From: Epithemia pelagica | Lineage: Eukaryota > Protista > Bacillariophyta | Reading direction: 5' to 3' | Assembly (NCBI GenBank): GCA_946965045.2 | Contig: OX337228.1 | Location: 2,046,001-2,110,000 of the forward strand | DNA length: 64,000 nt | Shown here: positions 1 to 11,504 of the stretch, one piece after another | Position numbering within the stretch: the first letter of the stretch is position 1 | How the letters are laid out: every line of letters begins with the position of its first letter | Program-made: the position numbers and the translations under genes | Notes under the pieces: generated by a model | Databases searched by the model: none | Told to the model about the DNA's origin: nothing | The model's input: only the letters and a program-made list of their open reading frames with translations

Positions 1-203
1 GTGAAACAAGGGATTCTATCAATCGACAAGTCCAATGGGTATTGGATATCCGCGGTTGGACAGGATGAATGAAAAGGTTTGGTTGGTGGTTCTGCTCCGC
101 CCCGCTGCGCAAAAAGTGGGCCGCCGGGCAGACCTTTCGGCGACCCAAAAACGAAACGACAATAGGGCAGAATAGGGCGCGTCCATAAGATGTTGTCTGC
201 ACA

Positions 204-1766
204 ATGAGGTCGGACGACTCCACGTCCTCCGTAGCGGCTCCGTCGTCACGCCAGGAACGCAACGGTAGGGATGACTCACGGCGTCATTCGCATCGCGACA
301 GGGATTTTTCCTTTTCCAGAAGTCCTTCCAGAGTGAGGTACAAGAGAAACGTGCGAGATCGTTCATGGGATTCAGGTAGTGATCCGGGTAGTCCAAGGGA
401 CGGCAGAAGAAACAAAAGAAGGCGGAAAGAAGATCAAGAAACGAACAGAGACCACAGGGATCCTCGGCGTGGATCGAGGCGAAGGAGACGACGTCGTCGA
501 AGAAGAGGAAGAGAGTCGTCCCGACATCGTGACACTGATTCAATTGTTGAGGAGAATCGACGAGGGGGTGTCGAAGCTTTGGCATCGGAAAAGACAACGA
601 CGGGGATTGTTAGCGATGACGAAGACTATGCTAACGTTGGTGGGGTAGAACCAAAGTCAAGAACCAAAGCATCTCCAGGAGTAGTCGCTAACAAAGTCCG
701 ATCGCCCTCGAGTCATGATGATTTGGTGGGGCATTTCCAAGGAGGTCCTGGCACGGTAATTGCGGACCGCTATCGATTTCTTCGAGAGGTAGGGATGGGG
801 ACGTTTGGAAGGGTTGTCGATTGCCTTGATCTTAGCAGCCAGCGCCATCGTCGCGGAAGTGGACAAAAGGATGCGTATGTTGCTATCAAGATCGTTAGGA
901 ACGTGAAGCGATACTGTGAATCAGCCAAAATTGAGGCCAATATTGTTGGACAAATAAACCGTAGGGGTGGGAGAGGCAGAAGTCACTGTGTCGTTTTACA
1001 TGACGCTTTCAATTACAAGGGTCACTTCTGCCTGGTCTTTGAGAGCCTTGGGCCATCTCTTTACGATTTTATGAAACGACATGACTACCGCCCATTCCCA
1101 ATGATCTGTATACAAGATTTCACAGTCCAGTTGCTGGAGGCAATTGAATTTCTTCATAGCTTTGGTCTCGTACATACCGACCTAAAAATTGAGAATATTC
1201 TTCTCATCAGCAGTCGAGAAATTACATATCGCCGTCAACGAGTTCCAGAGTCGACAAGGATCAAACTCATTGATTTCGGTGGAGCTTGTTACGATGATTC
1301 AAAAAAGAGCTCGGTCATTAATACCAGACAATATAGGGCACCAGAGGTGATCCTCGAAGCTGGATGGTCAATGCCCTCTGACATGTGGTCTTTGGGTTGT
1401 ATTTTGGCTGAGTTATACAAAGGTGAACTACTTTTTGCCACCCATGAAAATATCGAACATCTCGCGTTAATCGAGAGAGTTCTTGGGCCTTTTCCAAGAC
1501 GCCTATTAAGCAGGGCAACAAAATTTGTGGATGAAGCGTTTGATTCTGACGGATGGCACCGTATGGGACGGATCTTGTCAGGAGAAAGCTTATCTTTCGT
1601 GAGAAACTCACCCACACTCCAGTCCATAATCAGAAATCCAGATGATGACTGGTTGCTAAGATTACTTTCAGAAGTATTGAGGATTGAACCAGAGCAGAGA
1701 TGGACCGCTCATGAATGTCTCAGATTCCTATCTCGCATTAAGAGAGACGTTGTGTGCTGTGCATGA
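204..1766 (+). CDS. CLK: CLK/LAMMER dual-specificity protein kinase with RS-rich N-terminus
   Basis: Single ORF, 520 aa. Kinase motifs GMGTFGRV, VAIK, HTDLKIENILL, DFG, TRQYRAPE; LAMMER-type signature EHLALIERVLG; Arg/Ser-rich N-terminus. Confidence 0.92.
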   Translation: MRSDDSTSSVAAPSSRQERNGRDDSRRHSHRDRDFSFSRSPSRVRYKRNVRDRSWDSGSDPGSPRDGRRNKRRRKEDQETNRDHRDPRRGSRRRRRRRRRRGRESSRHRDTDSIVEENRRGGVEALASEKTTTGIVSDDEDYANVGGVEPKSRTKASPGVVANKVRSPSSHDDLVGHFQGGPGTVIADRYRFLREVGMGTFGRVVDCLDLSSQRHRRGSGQKDAYVAIKIVRNVKRYCESAKIEANIVGQINRRGGRGRSHCVVLHDAFNYKGHFCLVFESLGPSLYDFMKRHDYRPFPMICIQDFTVQLLEAIEFLHSFGLVHTDLKIENILLISSREITYRRQRVPESTRIKLIDFGGACYDDSKKSSVINTRQYRAPEVILEAGWSMPSDMWSLGCILAELYKGELLFATHENIEHLALIERVLGPFPRRLLSRATKFVDEAFDSDGWHRMGRILSGESLSFVRNSPTLQSIIRNPDDDWLLRLLSEVLRIEPEQRWTAHECLRFLSRIKRDVVCCA

Positions 1767-1983
1767 AGTTGATGGTTACCGGTTCTGTCGGAACAATGTA
1801 TCATGCTTTGAGTACGAATACGTTCAAGCGATGAAAAGTAAACTACAAGTAATGTTTGTTCGTTTGACACAAGAGGAAGGTCCATCGTTGCATCTTTAGT
1901 CTTTAGGGAATCAGAAAATGTGGCCACTGCTCTACTCTAGAGACCTATCGGTACAGCTACTTTCACAGCTAGCTCGCTCTGTT

Positions 1984-1994
1984 GGAGTAGGTAG
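1984..1994 (+). promoter_or_regulatory. GGAGTAGGTAG motif in a CTAG-rich patch (~1930-2004) between co-oriented genes; candidate terminator or boundary element
   Basis: The exact 11-mer recurs at 48997-49007 (minus) and 61867-61877 (plus), each time in the sense orientation of the flanking tandem genes. Confidence 0.4.
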
Positions 1995-2055
1995 AGGGAT
2001 AGTACTGCCAATGACGTATCGTGTATCCTTATGGGCATCGTAATAGATCGCCAAA

Positions 2056-3159
2056 GTGGCGAGACACAATGGAATGGTATCCCTGGTATCACACGTGATC
2101 GTCATTGCCATGTCTGCAGCGTTGTTTTCGTGGATAAAGAAGCTTTGTCAACCATATGAGGGTGGTCAGGCGGATGTTCTTCTGAACAGTGCCTTTGTTT
2201 TCGTCAAACCTCATGCGAACACGGCTGCTACGCAAGAACTCGTTCGGAACAAACTGACCGAATCGGATATCAAAATCGTGTCTGAGATTGATATAAAAGG
2301 AACAACCATTGACGAAAAGAAACTTATTGATCAGCACTATTACGCCATTGGTAGGTCGTCGTATGCCTTGTCTAAAGTTTTCATTGTATGACCATCTGAC
2401 TCTTATGGCATTTCAGCGTCGAAAGCAACAATCGTTCCTGGAAAAGATATTCCTGTTCCAGCAGACAAGTTTAAAGAAGCATTCGGAGAATCATGGGAAA
2501 CTGTTGTGAAGGAGGATAGAGCTGTGAATGCTATGGAAGCATGTGCAAGGTTCAACTGTGATTCACAGGAGCTGGATGGAGCCTGGCGTTCCGCTGAGGG
2601 CGAGAAGAAAGTAGTCAAGTTTGGAGGAGGTTTCTACTGTGGTCTTCTTTCTCTAAAAGGCCAAAGCCTCTACGTTTTCAATGCCTTTTTCATGAGCATG
2701 AGAGGCAAGTTTGTGGGTGAAGGTAAAAGTATCCATTGCTATGAAGTCGAGTGGGACCCAAAGAAGCTTTCCTGGGCATCCTTTCGCAATGAGATTCTAG
2801 GTCCGACAAATCCAGCTGACGCACCATCAGGCTCCATTCGCAAGATGATCCTCGAAAAGTACAAGGAACTCGGCTTATCCTCAGAACCAAACAAAGGCGA
2901 CAATGGAGTTCACGCCTCCGCGTCGCCGTTTGAGGGATTGGCTGAGAAAGTGAATTGGCTTGGAAAATCTGTCGATGACTATCCATTTGGAAAGGCACTC
3001 CTTTCGGCAGGAATTCCTAAAAAGACATTGGAGGAATGGTCTGTGGACCCCCGAATTCCGATGCCGGACGGCAGCAAAGGCAGTGTATTCGATGCCTTGG
3101 AAGATATGGATGTGGCGGAGTGTCTCACGAAAATGAAAGAACTCAACTCCCTTTCATAA
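2056..3159 (+). CDS. Nucleoside-diphosphate-kinase-like protein (2 exons; intron 2351-2416; ATG likely 2074)
   Basis: AFVFVKPHA and GDNGVHASASPFE resemble the NDK motifs, with the catalytic His retained. The GTAGGT..TTTCAG intron joins the two ORFs as HYYAI-ASKATI. Confidence 0.75.
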
Positions 3160-3398
3160 ACGGATGTTCAAGTCTCCAACGTAGGACCTATATATTAGCA
3201 TGATATCTTCTGTTTCAACGTATATCGCCCACGGGCGTGAAACTGCTGTAAATATGCAAACCGCGTCAGCATCATGCAACGGGGCGACTCATGATCAAAA
3301 GACTGCCAATTCCTGGGCTATGGTCTAATGCTGGTGAGGATTCCACCATGAGAGGGTCCCCACAATATCCCGGACATAAAGCGAACATCATCATAGAG

Positions 3399-3712
3399 CT
3401 ATTTCGTTGATGTTGCTTGCCTTGTTGGTACGCTTTCCAGCCACTGAATAGGATGTCTGTTGAAGAAAGGCCAATCAGGTACACAAAGCTGTGTGATGAT
3501 TTCAGTAAGGAATGTTAGATTTGAACGGGGTATAATCAAAGCACCATGACAATTTGACGTACAATTACTGAAAGGACTACACCAACCAACCATGCCTGAA
3601 ACACGACAGTGAAATCTTGTTGAATGTATCCTATTACCCAACCCACAGCGCCGAATGAGCAGATGATGATGTAGAATAAGATTTCGGCAAGTTTCTGGCC
3701 CTCGTAATCCAT
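3399..3712 (-). CDS. SPCS1: Signal peptidase complex subunit 1 (SPC12), 79 aa; exons 3712-3563 and 3488-3399
   Basis: Not assembled in the ORF track. Manual translation gives MDYEGQKLAEILFYIIICSFGAVGWVIGY...VLSVI | LCVPDWPFFNRHPIQWL, across a 74-nt GTACGT..CAG intron (3489-3562). Matches the SPC12 pattern MDFEGQ...P.WP.F.RHP..W. Confidence 0.9.
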
Positions 3713-4261
3713 GATAAGATGTCAAAAGATCGAAGTATGTGAAATGCTAAAACAAACAAAGATCGAAATGTTGTGTAGAAGTGTTATATGAAGACGCCAT
3801 TATGGGATGCATGATGAGGAATCCACGTGGCAAGATGCGACCGATCTCGGAAATCGTACATATGTACAGACGTTAGTCCCGCTCGTGTCCGTGTCCCTGC
3901 CTGCGCTCGTTTTAGGACCAATACAATATCTCTCAGTCAGTCAGTCATTCGGGCTCATGAGAATTCCACCACGATAGCCGATAGCACCGTCTGTGTCGTT
4001 CGGCATGCGATTTTGAGGAAACAACACTCCTCCGCACAAACGCGGGAAACAAGTCGACCCCACCAGCAAACGTTGAACGTTCGCGGGTGTCAGTTGGTAC
4101 GAAATTCTACCACTTTATAATTCTACTCTCGACAACTGCACTCCTTCATTTTTGCTCTCCCCTCAAACAAGAGCGCTCATAAAGTTGTTGTTTAGGAATA
4201 GAATACGACTGAAGTTCCAAGCCAGCGAGCTGAAACATCGCAGGGATACAACTACTTCTGA

Positions 4262-6565
4262 ATGAAGAATCACCATGTCTCTACATCATCATATCTGGTT
4301 CTTGCGTTGAGCGCCGTGATCTTTGCGGTGTCGGCGGAGAAGGTACATGATACTGACCCCAGCTTGCAACGCCACCTTCGGTCCAACACAAACGCATTCC
4401 TTTCTCGGAACGATAGAGCACTTACTGAGTGTAGCCAAGAATGTTGCGACCAACTGTTTGAACCATCGTGCGACGATGAAGGCAGTGATAACCCATTCAC
4501 GCAAACGCCGCTTGCAATCCAGATTATTCTCATGGCTTTTCTGATTCTGATGTCAGCTTTCTTCAGCGGTTTGACGCTGGGTCTGATGGGATTGGACAAG
4601 ACAGGTTTGGAGATTGTAATGGAAGGCGACAATGCGAAATATGCCGCTTATGCCAAACGGATATATCCTCTGCGGAAACGAGGAAATCTTCTTCTATGTA
4701 CGCTCCTTTTGGGAAACGTCTGTGTGAATTCCTTGCTCTCAATCCTCACTGCCGATAAATTCGGAGGTGCGATTGGTCTTGTCTCTTCAACATTTCTTAT
4801 TGTGAGTGAGAGAACCGGTTCATTTTTCAACCGTAGTATCTATCGTATCATGCTCACATATTTGATTTATAGGTGATCTTTGGTGAGATTGTGCCTCAAG
4901 CTTTGTGTCAACGGTATTCCTTGGAGGTGGGAAGTGCGGGTAAGTGATTATATGCCATTTGTTCCTGTTGGTTTTTTACGAAAGATCTAACTTGACGCCA
5001 GCCATCCCTGTCGTTCGTGTCATTATGGTTGTGCTTTTCCCTGTTGCTTTTCCTTTGTCATACGCACTCGACCTTTGGCTCGGAGAAGAACTTGCGACAA
5101 CATATAGTAACGCCGAAATGTTGAAGCTGTTGCAAATTCATGTACAGGAGCAAAAAATAGATCCAGACACTGCTATTGCAATGCAGGGGGCGCTGAAATA
5201 CAAGTCCACAACCGTGAAAGAGGTCATGACACCACTTGACAAAACATTCATGCTTTCGTCCGACGAACAGCTGAACTTTGAAACGATTGCCAAAATCTTC
5301 AAGACCGGCTATTCCAGAATCCCTGTCTATAGCATTGACAAGGTAAAGTCTTGATTTCCTTCGTTTATCAGCATCGCGTTGGGAAATTGTGACTAACTGG
5401 GGTGTTCATTTCTTTGTAGAATAATGTGATTGGATTGTTGTTCGTAAAAGACCTGATTTTTATCGACCCTGAAGACAATACAAGGATCTCTGACTTTGTC
5501 GATATCTTCGGTCGTGGTCTCCATGTTGTCTGGCCAGACGATTCATTGGGTGATGTGTTGAGAGATCTCAAGAGTGGTAAGAGCCATATGGCTTTGGTCC
5601 GCGATGTGACGAATAAAGACGATCTTGATCCGTTCTACGAGGTCAAAGGAATCATCACATTAGAAGACGTAATTGAGGAAATCATTGGAGACGAAATTGT
5701 TGACGAAACTGACGCGTTTGTGGAAAACTCCCACTCTGTTCCTGTTGACAGAGCTGAAGGGTTCAAGTGGGCGTCCCTTCGCCTTCTTGACTCAAAGATT
5801 GTCGATGAGCGTCTGTCGTTCGAGGAGACAAAGGCAGTCACTGCTCATCTCGCCAAGAACTTCAATGCAATTTTCTCACTGGTAACTGAAGCCCAGCTGC
5901 AACGGCTGATAAGAGAAACCCCTGTATCAGTCTTCCCAACAGCAGAACACCATGTTGGACAAGACATCCCAGATGATCTTCTCTACGAGCGACACGTCGA
6001 AAACGATGTGTGCACTTTGATCCTCTCTGGAAAGCTCACTGTCATCGCCGGTGAAGACAACTTCCGGTCGAATGTCTCTTCGTGGTCTCTGTTAGGTGGT
6101 GGTGCTCTGGTTGATTCACCATACAGGCCTGACTTTTCCGCGTGGGTTAGTGCAGGTCCATGTAGATGTCTCCGGATAACACGTAAGCGTTTTGTCTCTG
6201 CAATTGATGCATCAGTACTGGAAAGGAAACGTCCAGGGAGCACCTCAGCCAACAATCCCGACCGAAAAGGGACGATCAATGACGAAGGTCCTGTTGCAAC
6301 AGGCCAGGATGCCAATGACGCAAAGAATCGCAAAGAAAAGTTCATGACTGCTCTCAAAGCTGTCGGCCGGCCGGACAATGCGGACCATTTTGGACGACGA
6401 ACTGCCAAAGCTGCAAATTCTGGTCGTGCAAACGAAAGCACAGCGCGAACATCGGAGAAGCAAGCAACATCGAACCAGAATGAGACAGCTGCGGCGAAGA
6501 GCCCCAGTGATTCACATGAACTCGGAGTGATTTTCGAGAATTCTGACTATCCATCACCCTCCTGA
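4262..6565 (+). CDS. CNNM: CNNM/CorC-family metal transporter (signal peptide, DUF21, CBS pair, cNMP-like domain); introns 4802-4872, 4940-5001, 5343-5419
   Basis: DUF21 motifs SAFFSGLTLGLMGLD, LLCTLLLGNVCVN, IFGEIVPQA; CBS motifs GYSRIPVY and GIITLEDVIEEIIGDEIVDETD. Canonical splice sites keep the frame. Confidence 0.9.
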
Positions 6566-6681
6566 ATGGACTGAATTTTGAATAGAGGTGCATGAGAGTA
6601 AGCTTCTATAAAGTTGGAGTTTATATCTAGTCATGTAACCAAGTCTACTTGTAGGCGTACTTCATGCGCGATGTACCCACT

Positions 6682-9600
6682 TTATAGACTCTTTGCCAGA
6701 ATGTTATCTACATGGTGCTTGAGTTTGGAAAACATGACGGTTTGGTATTTGCCAAACAAATGGTGTTGTCGACACAGTCGAAGATCTGTATGGAATGGAG
6801 CGATACCATGCAAGAATTTTGTAGCGTTTAAGGAAGTCAGGTCCTGCTGTGGACGAGTCATACGATCACATGTGGAGTGGTTGCCTTGTTCGGTGTGGTG
6901 AAGAAACTGGATGACAGGTTCAAGATCAGCCGATAAAGCGTTCGAATGAGGAGGCTCATCAAATGTGCCATTCCTTAGTATCTCCGTGTGGCTGGATTGA
7001 TGTGATTCGTTGTCGAGATCAAAGTATTCTCGAGTGAGTTGTTGAAAGAGAGCCAGCGTCTCGGACTTTTTATTCCCACAAATTGGACTTGGAGCACATG
7101 TTGCAGCTACTTGGTTCAATATGTGGTCAATGCGGAGGGCCTTTTCCGCCGACGAGTTCGTACTTTGTTGAAACTTATTGAATAGATGTTTCGAAAGCTG
7201 CTCAACGGCATTGTCGTTCACAAACTGAGAGATCCCGCACTGGAAAACACGTACGTTGAGCGCTCCGCCCTTGATGGTGTCCAAGGCAAACTCGACTTCG
7301 CGTTTTTGTTGCAGCCGTCGAAGTGCAGCAAAGACGTGCCGGGGTTCTGCATCGGGGCCCAACGCGTTCGCACATTGAGTAATTGAAAAATGGAATGAGC
7401 CAAATGCATGCTCATCCTTGATTGAGTTGCTCTCATCTGACATAGAGGTATGATTTGAGCGAACGTCCCCTGCTCCTGGTTGTCGACGAACTGAGCAACT
7501 CTGCACGGCCTTAATCACATCCTCGTTTTTGGAAAGCTCTTCGATATCACCACGCCCGGGAGAAACAGTAGCTTTATCGTATACAAATCCATCAAGCCGT
7601 AAAAGACCAGTCCCGAAGGGAGCTTCCAGCAAGGACACCATTGTCTCCACTGTCTCAGCTTTGCAGCCACATAATAGCGTTGAATCGTGTAGATTTAGTC
7701 CAATGCATAGCTGGTCTGGTTTATCCGTCATGACTGATAGGGCACTCTTGATTTTCGAGGAAATCAAAGACACTAAATTTTGAACTTGTGACATGGCAAT
7801 CATATCAGAATGGGCCAGAGAGTGCCGTACAAGGACCTCGTCCTTAAGAACAAGCGAGACAGCAATCGCTTGACGACCGTCTCGACCAGCTCGCCCAATC
7901 TCCTGCAGGTAGTGCTCAAGAGAGGAGGATAAGTAAAGATGGATAACCCCTTCTATATCCGCCTTGTTGATTCCGAGCCCAAATGCTACCGTGGCAACGC
8001 AAATTCGCGCCTTGCCTCGAATGAATTTACTTTGGGCCCTTGCACGAGCACCGCTGTCCATGCCACCTGTAGGAACGAAAGCAGCTACAGTGAGGCACCA
8101 GAGCACTCCATGACCTGCGCCCCCGTGACTGATAACATACGTACCATGGTAACAAACCACTCCCCCTTCAATCCCAGAGCTCTGGATGTTCTCTGCTACT
8201 GCTTCCGCATCCCCACGACGCCAAACATAGACAATGACGCTCCCCGATGCAAGACATCCCTCCCAACTCTCTCTCGGCTTTTTTGTGTCACCTCTCGGTT
8301 TGAGGAGTGCCTTTAGTCTAGCAAGACGTTCTTCTTGACTTCCCAACACTTCGCACGACACTTCTATGTTGTCGCGGTTCGAGTCCATTAGGAGAACCCC
8401 ACCGTTGTCAAGGCATGGTGGTGCTCCTGGTCTTTCAGTCAAAGACTCAATGCCGAGGGAACTGCATACATCCGATATCACTCGTGGTCCCGCAGTAGCC
8501 GTAATAGCAAGAATTGATTTGGGGCGAATGACGTCCACGGTAGATCCCAACCGCAAATATGCCGGGCGGAAATTGTGTGCCCATTGACTCAAACAGTGCG
8601 CTTCGTCCACGCACAACAGTGAGACGTCGGGAAAATGTCTTTCTCGCCGTTTAGTTTCTCGATTCCACTGAGGGACAAACAATCTCCGGAACGCGGCGCT
8701 GATGAGTTTTTCGGGTGAAACAAAGACAATTTTGATTCGGCCTCTGGCAATGTCATCAACTGTTGCCGCCATTTTCGCTTTGGACATTTGACCAGAGAGG
8801 GTCACGCACGGAATGCTCGGAGGAAGAACCCGTATCTGGTCTTGAATCAAAGCCAGTAACGGTGAAACAACAATGCAAATGCCCGGCATCAAAGCAGCAG
8901 GGAGAGCATAGCACAGAGATTTCCCACTTCCTGTGGGTGCCACCAGCATGGAACGTTTACCGTCTAGGCAACGCCGTATTGCCCATTCTTGTCCAGTCCG
9001 AAAGGATGTATACCCGAAATAGTGCTTCAACGAAGATACCAAGCTGTTCCCTTGTTTGCCAGATGCTACAGGATCCTTGTCGTCTCTTTCTCTGACAACT
9101 CTCTCTGACGATGGTGCCTCGTTATCGGATACGGGCGTCTCTCCAACGAGCTCTAGTTCTTCCGAGGATGTACTGGAATCGTCCGAAGCGTCAAGCGAAA
9201 GTTCCATAGTGTCGTCGTCATCATTGTCCTTGGACGAAGCGTCTTTGATAGTCATAGTTGTCTCTTGACTGCTGCTGCTGCTGCTGCAACTGGAATGTAC
9301 CAATTCATCTCGGGCCCAAAGTGTCAGTCGCATCAGCAATTGTTTCTTGTTGCCCACCGATCGGAGTCCGTGTCGTTTGGCAAGGTCCCGCAGTTCGGGT
9401 ACTGTCAGGACCTTGACCGATTCCATATAGCTTTGAACTTGCCGCGCTACAAAGGCCGAATAAGACTGGTTTTTCGCCAAAGCGTCATGGACTTTTTCCA
9501 CAGTATCATCCACCCATTGGAAAAAGTCACATTGTTCTCCCCGGTTCATGGCACAGCAATAAAACTGCCGTCCCTTGTTTCCGGACGAGTTTTTCTTTAC

Positions 9601-11049
9601 AGTAAGCTGTTTGCAGGGTTGTGAATGACCGGAACACAAGGGAAGGGGGTTTGCATTGCGAGATTTCTTGGAGGAAGAATGAAAGGTACCGTCGACAAGG
9701 TCATCGACGAGATCGATCCCATCCGACGCCAAGGCACCGTCGTGGCTGGAGCTTGGACGAAACACCACGTCTTCCTTGTCGTCATTTCTATCGACTTTGT
9801 GGTTTTCTGCCGTTCCTCGAAATTTCCGCAGGGTCTTTTTGTTTTTGGCACCAAGACACGAACCGGCCTTGTTGCGGAGATTTAACTTGACAAAATTGTC
9901 CGACGCGGCACCCTTGTTGTTGCGTCTGTCATTGGTAGATGCCCTGTCGTCTCCGGCCATGGGAATGGGCTCCAGGGCAGCCGGTCGTGCCACCCGAGCT
10001 TCTGGATCACGGCTCCTCCCACGCGGTTTCGTAGGTGGGGACTGGGAGGAAAACGGTGCTTGGTCCTGGTTCTCTGCCTCGGTAAGATGAGGCGTTTCCT
10101 TGGTAGTGGAAGGTGCCAGCACCGCATTCCATCCATGACGGCGTGAATCCACAGCAGCCATGCGGCGCACTGTTCTTGGTGGTTGGCGCACAGCCTTGAC
10201 GCAAAGACTAAGGCTGGTTGTCCTCGTATGCGACAAAGAGACAGATTGTTCTTGTTGCGTTTCGACATGCTCAGGTTTCGACTGATTAGTCACATCCGAT
10301 AGCACTTGGGGATCCGCTCGAGACATGTTGCAAATGGATTTTTCGTTCAAGCCTGACGTGGCCGTCTCCTCGTGATGTATGGCTTCGTTTCCATCCATTT
10401 GATTGCTTTGTGTTGCATCAACGGACCCTGGCAAGGACGTTTCCTCCACGCTTGCGAGAGAGCCATTCAAGGAAGGGTTGGTAGTCAATTGTTGGTTCGA
10501 GGATTCTTGCGGACGTGGTGTACCGTCTTGGTTCGTATATCTTGGCAAAGAGGGTTTGAGCAATGTGGAGGGAATGGAGGAGGCCACCTTGCGCTTCTTG
10601 ATGATATGATCCGTTCCTCTGCTTCTGCTTGGACCAGTTGAGGTTTTGCTGGGTGGTACCTTGATCCACGAGGAAGTGGAACTAGGCCGTTTTCGAAGTA
10701 TTTCATTCTTGGTTTTCAGTGGTGCCTTGCCAAGGGCAGCTAAAGACCTTGGAGGCGGCCCATTCAATGGTTGAGTAGACGACTTTGCTGTGATAGAGGA
10801 CACTCCACCCACCGTTGTCGTTAGTGACTGGCTGCTCTTGTTGGTTGATTTTACATTTGCTCTGGCTTTTCGTTTGGATCCCTGCTGAAAAATGAGTTTC
10901 TTGAGTTTCTGATCCGTCGCTGTCTCGACGACTGGATTCGTGCGGGCAATCTTCAGGGACAAAAGAGAAGTGTCCTTCTTTTTCTTTTTGTGCTCATCAC
11001 TCATCCTTGAGGGTTTCGACAATAGTGGGGAAACGCGTCGTGTTGACAC
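6682..11049 (-). CDS. RECQL4: RecQ4-like DNA helicase with zf-GRF and SAP domains; probable 78-nt in-frame intron 8067-8144
   Basis: Motifs APTGSGKSLCY, VDEAHCLSQWAHNFRPAY, ATVAFGLGINK, YLQEIGRAGRDG; Sld2-like DNFVKLNL. Removing GTACGT..CTACAG restores CYHGGMD. Confidence 0.88.
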   Translation of the reverse strand: MSTRRVSPLLSKPSRMSDEHKKKKKDTSLLSLKIARTNPVVETATDQKLKKLIFQQGSKRKARANVKSTNKSSQSLTTTVGGVSSITAKSSTQPLNGPPPRSLAALGKAPLKTKNEILRKRPSSTSSWIKVPPSKTSTGPSRSRGTDHIIKKRKVASSIPSTLLKPSLPRYTNQDGTPRPQESSNQQLTTNPSLNGSLASVEETSLPGSVDATQSNQMDGNEAIHHEETATSGLNEKSICNMSRADPQVLSDVTNQSKPEHVETQQEQSVSLSHTRTTSLSLCVKAVRQPPRTVRRMAAVDSRRHGWNAVLAPSTTKETPHLTEAENQDQAPFSSQSPPTKPRGRSRDPEARVARPAALEPIPMAGDDRASTNDRRNNKGAASDNFVKLNLRNKAGSCLGAKNKKTLRKFRGTAENHKVDRNDDKEDVVFRPSSSHDGALASDGIDLVDDLVDGTFHSSSKKSRNANPLPLCSGHSQPCKQLTVKKNSSGNKGRQFYCCAMNRGEQCDFFQWVDDTVEKVHDALAKNQSYSAFVARQVQSYMESVKVLTVPELRDLAKRHGLRSVGNKKQLLMRLTLWARDELVHSSCSSSSSSQETTMTIKDASSKDNDDDDTMELSLDASDDSSTSSEELELVGETPVSDNEAPSSERVVRERDDKDPVASGKQGNSLVSSLKHYFGYTSFRTGQEWAIRRCLDGKRSMLVAPTGSGKSLCYALPAALMPGICIVVSPLLALIQDQIRVLPPSIPCVTLSGQMSKAKMAATVDDIARGRIKIVFVSPEKLISAAFRRLFVPQWNRETKRRERHFPDVSLLCVDEAHCLSQWAHNFRPAYLRLGSTVDVIRPKSILAITATAGPRVISDVCSSLGIESLTERPGAPPCLDNGGVLLMDSNRDNIEVSCEVLGSQEERLARLKALLKPRGDTKKPRESWEGCLASGSVIVYVWRRGDAEAVAENIQSSGIEGGVVCYHGTYVISHGGAGHGVLWCLTVAAFVPTGGMDSGARARAQSKFIRGKARICVATVAFGLGINKADIEGVIHLYLSSSLEHYLQEIGRAGRDGRQAIAVSLVLKDEVLVRHSLAHSDMIAMSQVQNLVSLISSKIKSALSVMTDKPDQLCIGLNLHDSTLLCGCKAETVETMVSLLEAPFGTGLLRLDGFVYDKATVSPGRGDIEELSKNEDVIKAVQSCSVRRQPGAGDVRSNHTSMSDESNSIKDEHAFGSFHFSITQCANALGPDAEPRHVFAALRRLQQKREVEFALDTIKGGALNVRVFQCGISQFVNDNAVEQLSKHLFNKFQQSTNSSAEKALRIDHILNQVAATCAPSPICGNKKSETLALFQQLTREYFDLDNESHQSSHTEILRNGTFDEPPHSNALSADLEPVIQFLHHTEQGNHSTCDRMTRPQQDLTSLNATKFLHGIAPFHTDLRLCRQHHLFGKYQTVMFSKLKHHVDNILAKSL

Positions 11050-11504
11050 TCCTACCTCCTGTACACCCCACTCTTTTCAAAGAGAACGGGCTTGTCTGGA
11101 ATGATAGAGATCTCTTATCGGCCGAACGTTCCGTTGGTGGTGGCGCGACAGTCGACAACCCAGGGAGATGATGTGACTGTGATCTGTGATGGTGGGAATT
11201 GTGGCGCCCGCTGCGGCTGGCGGGTTTGTTGGGCGACTCTACCTGCGCGCACAGATCGCGCAGGCACAGCCATTCCAAAATGGCGCGAAACTGGAGGACA
11301 TACGTCAGCATGCCGTCGACGTACGAAGGCCAGAGGGGGGGATTGACAATTGGCGCTTTGGGGATTTCCCTCTTTCTCTCTCTTTTCTCCTCTCAATGAC
11401 AAAACGAAGAGCAGCGACTAGGATAAGGCCCTTTCCATCGACCCCAACACCATTACGACCTATAGAACGACCTTATTAAGGATATCGTCAATATCAAGGA
11501 AAAC

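Noticed and set aside
19-597. 192-aa minus-strand ORF
   Set aside because: Antisense to the RS-rich CLK N-terminus; no motifs.
3827-4120. 97-aa ORF in a divergent intergenic region (similarly 54635-54880 and 22029-22475)
   Set aside because: Non-ATG or weak starts, no recognisable composition or motifs; likely promoter or UTR sequence.
8067-8144. 26-aa insertion in the RecQ helicase domain (ORF track reads through it)
   Set aside because: Bounded by GTACGT…CTACAG and 78 nt long (3n, no stop); removal restores CYHGGM, so it is an ordinary intron.
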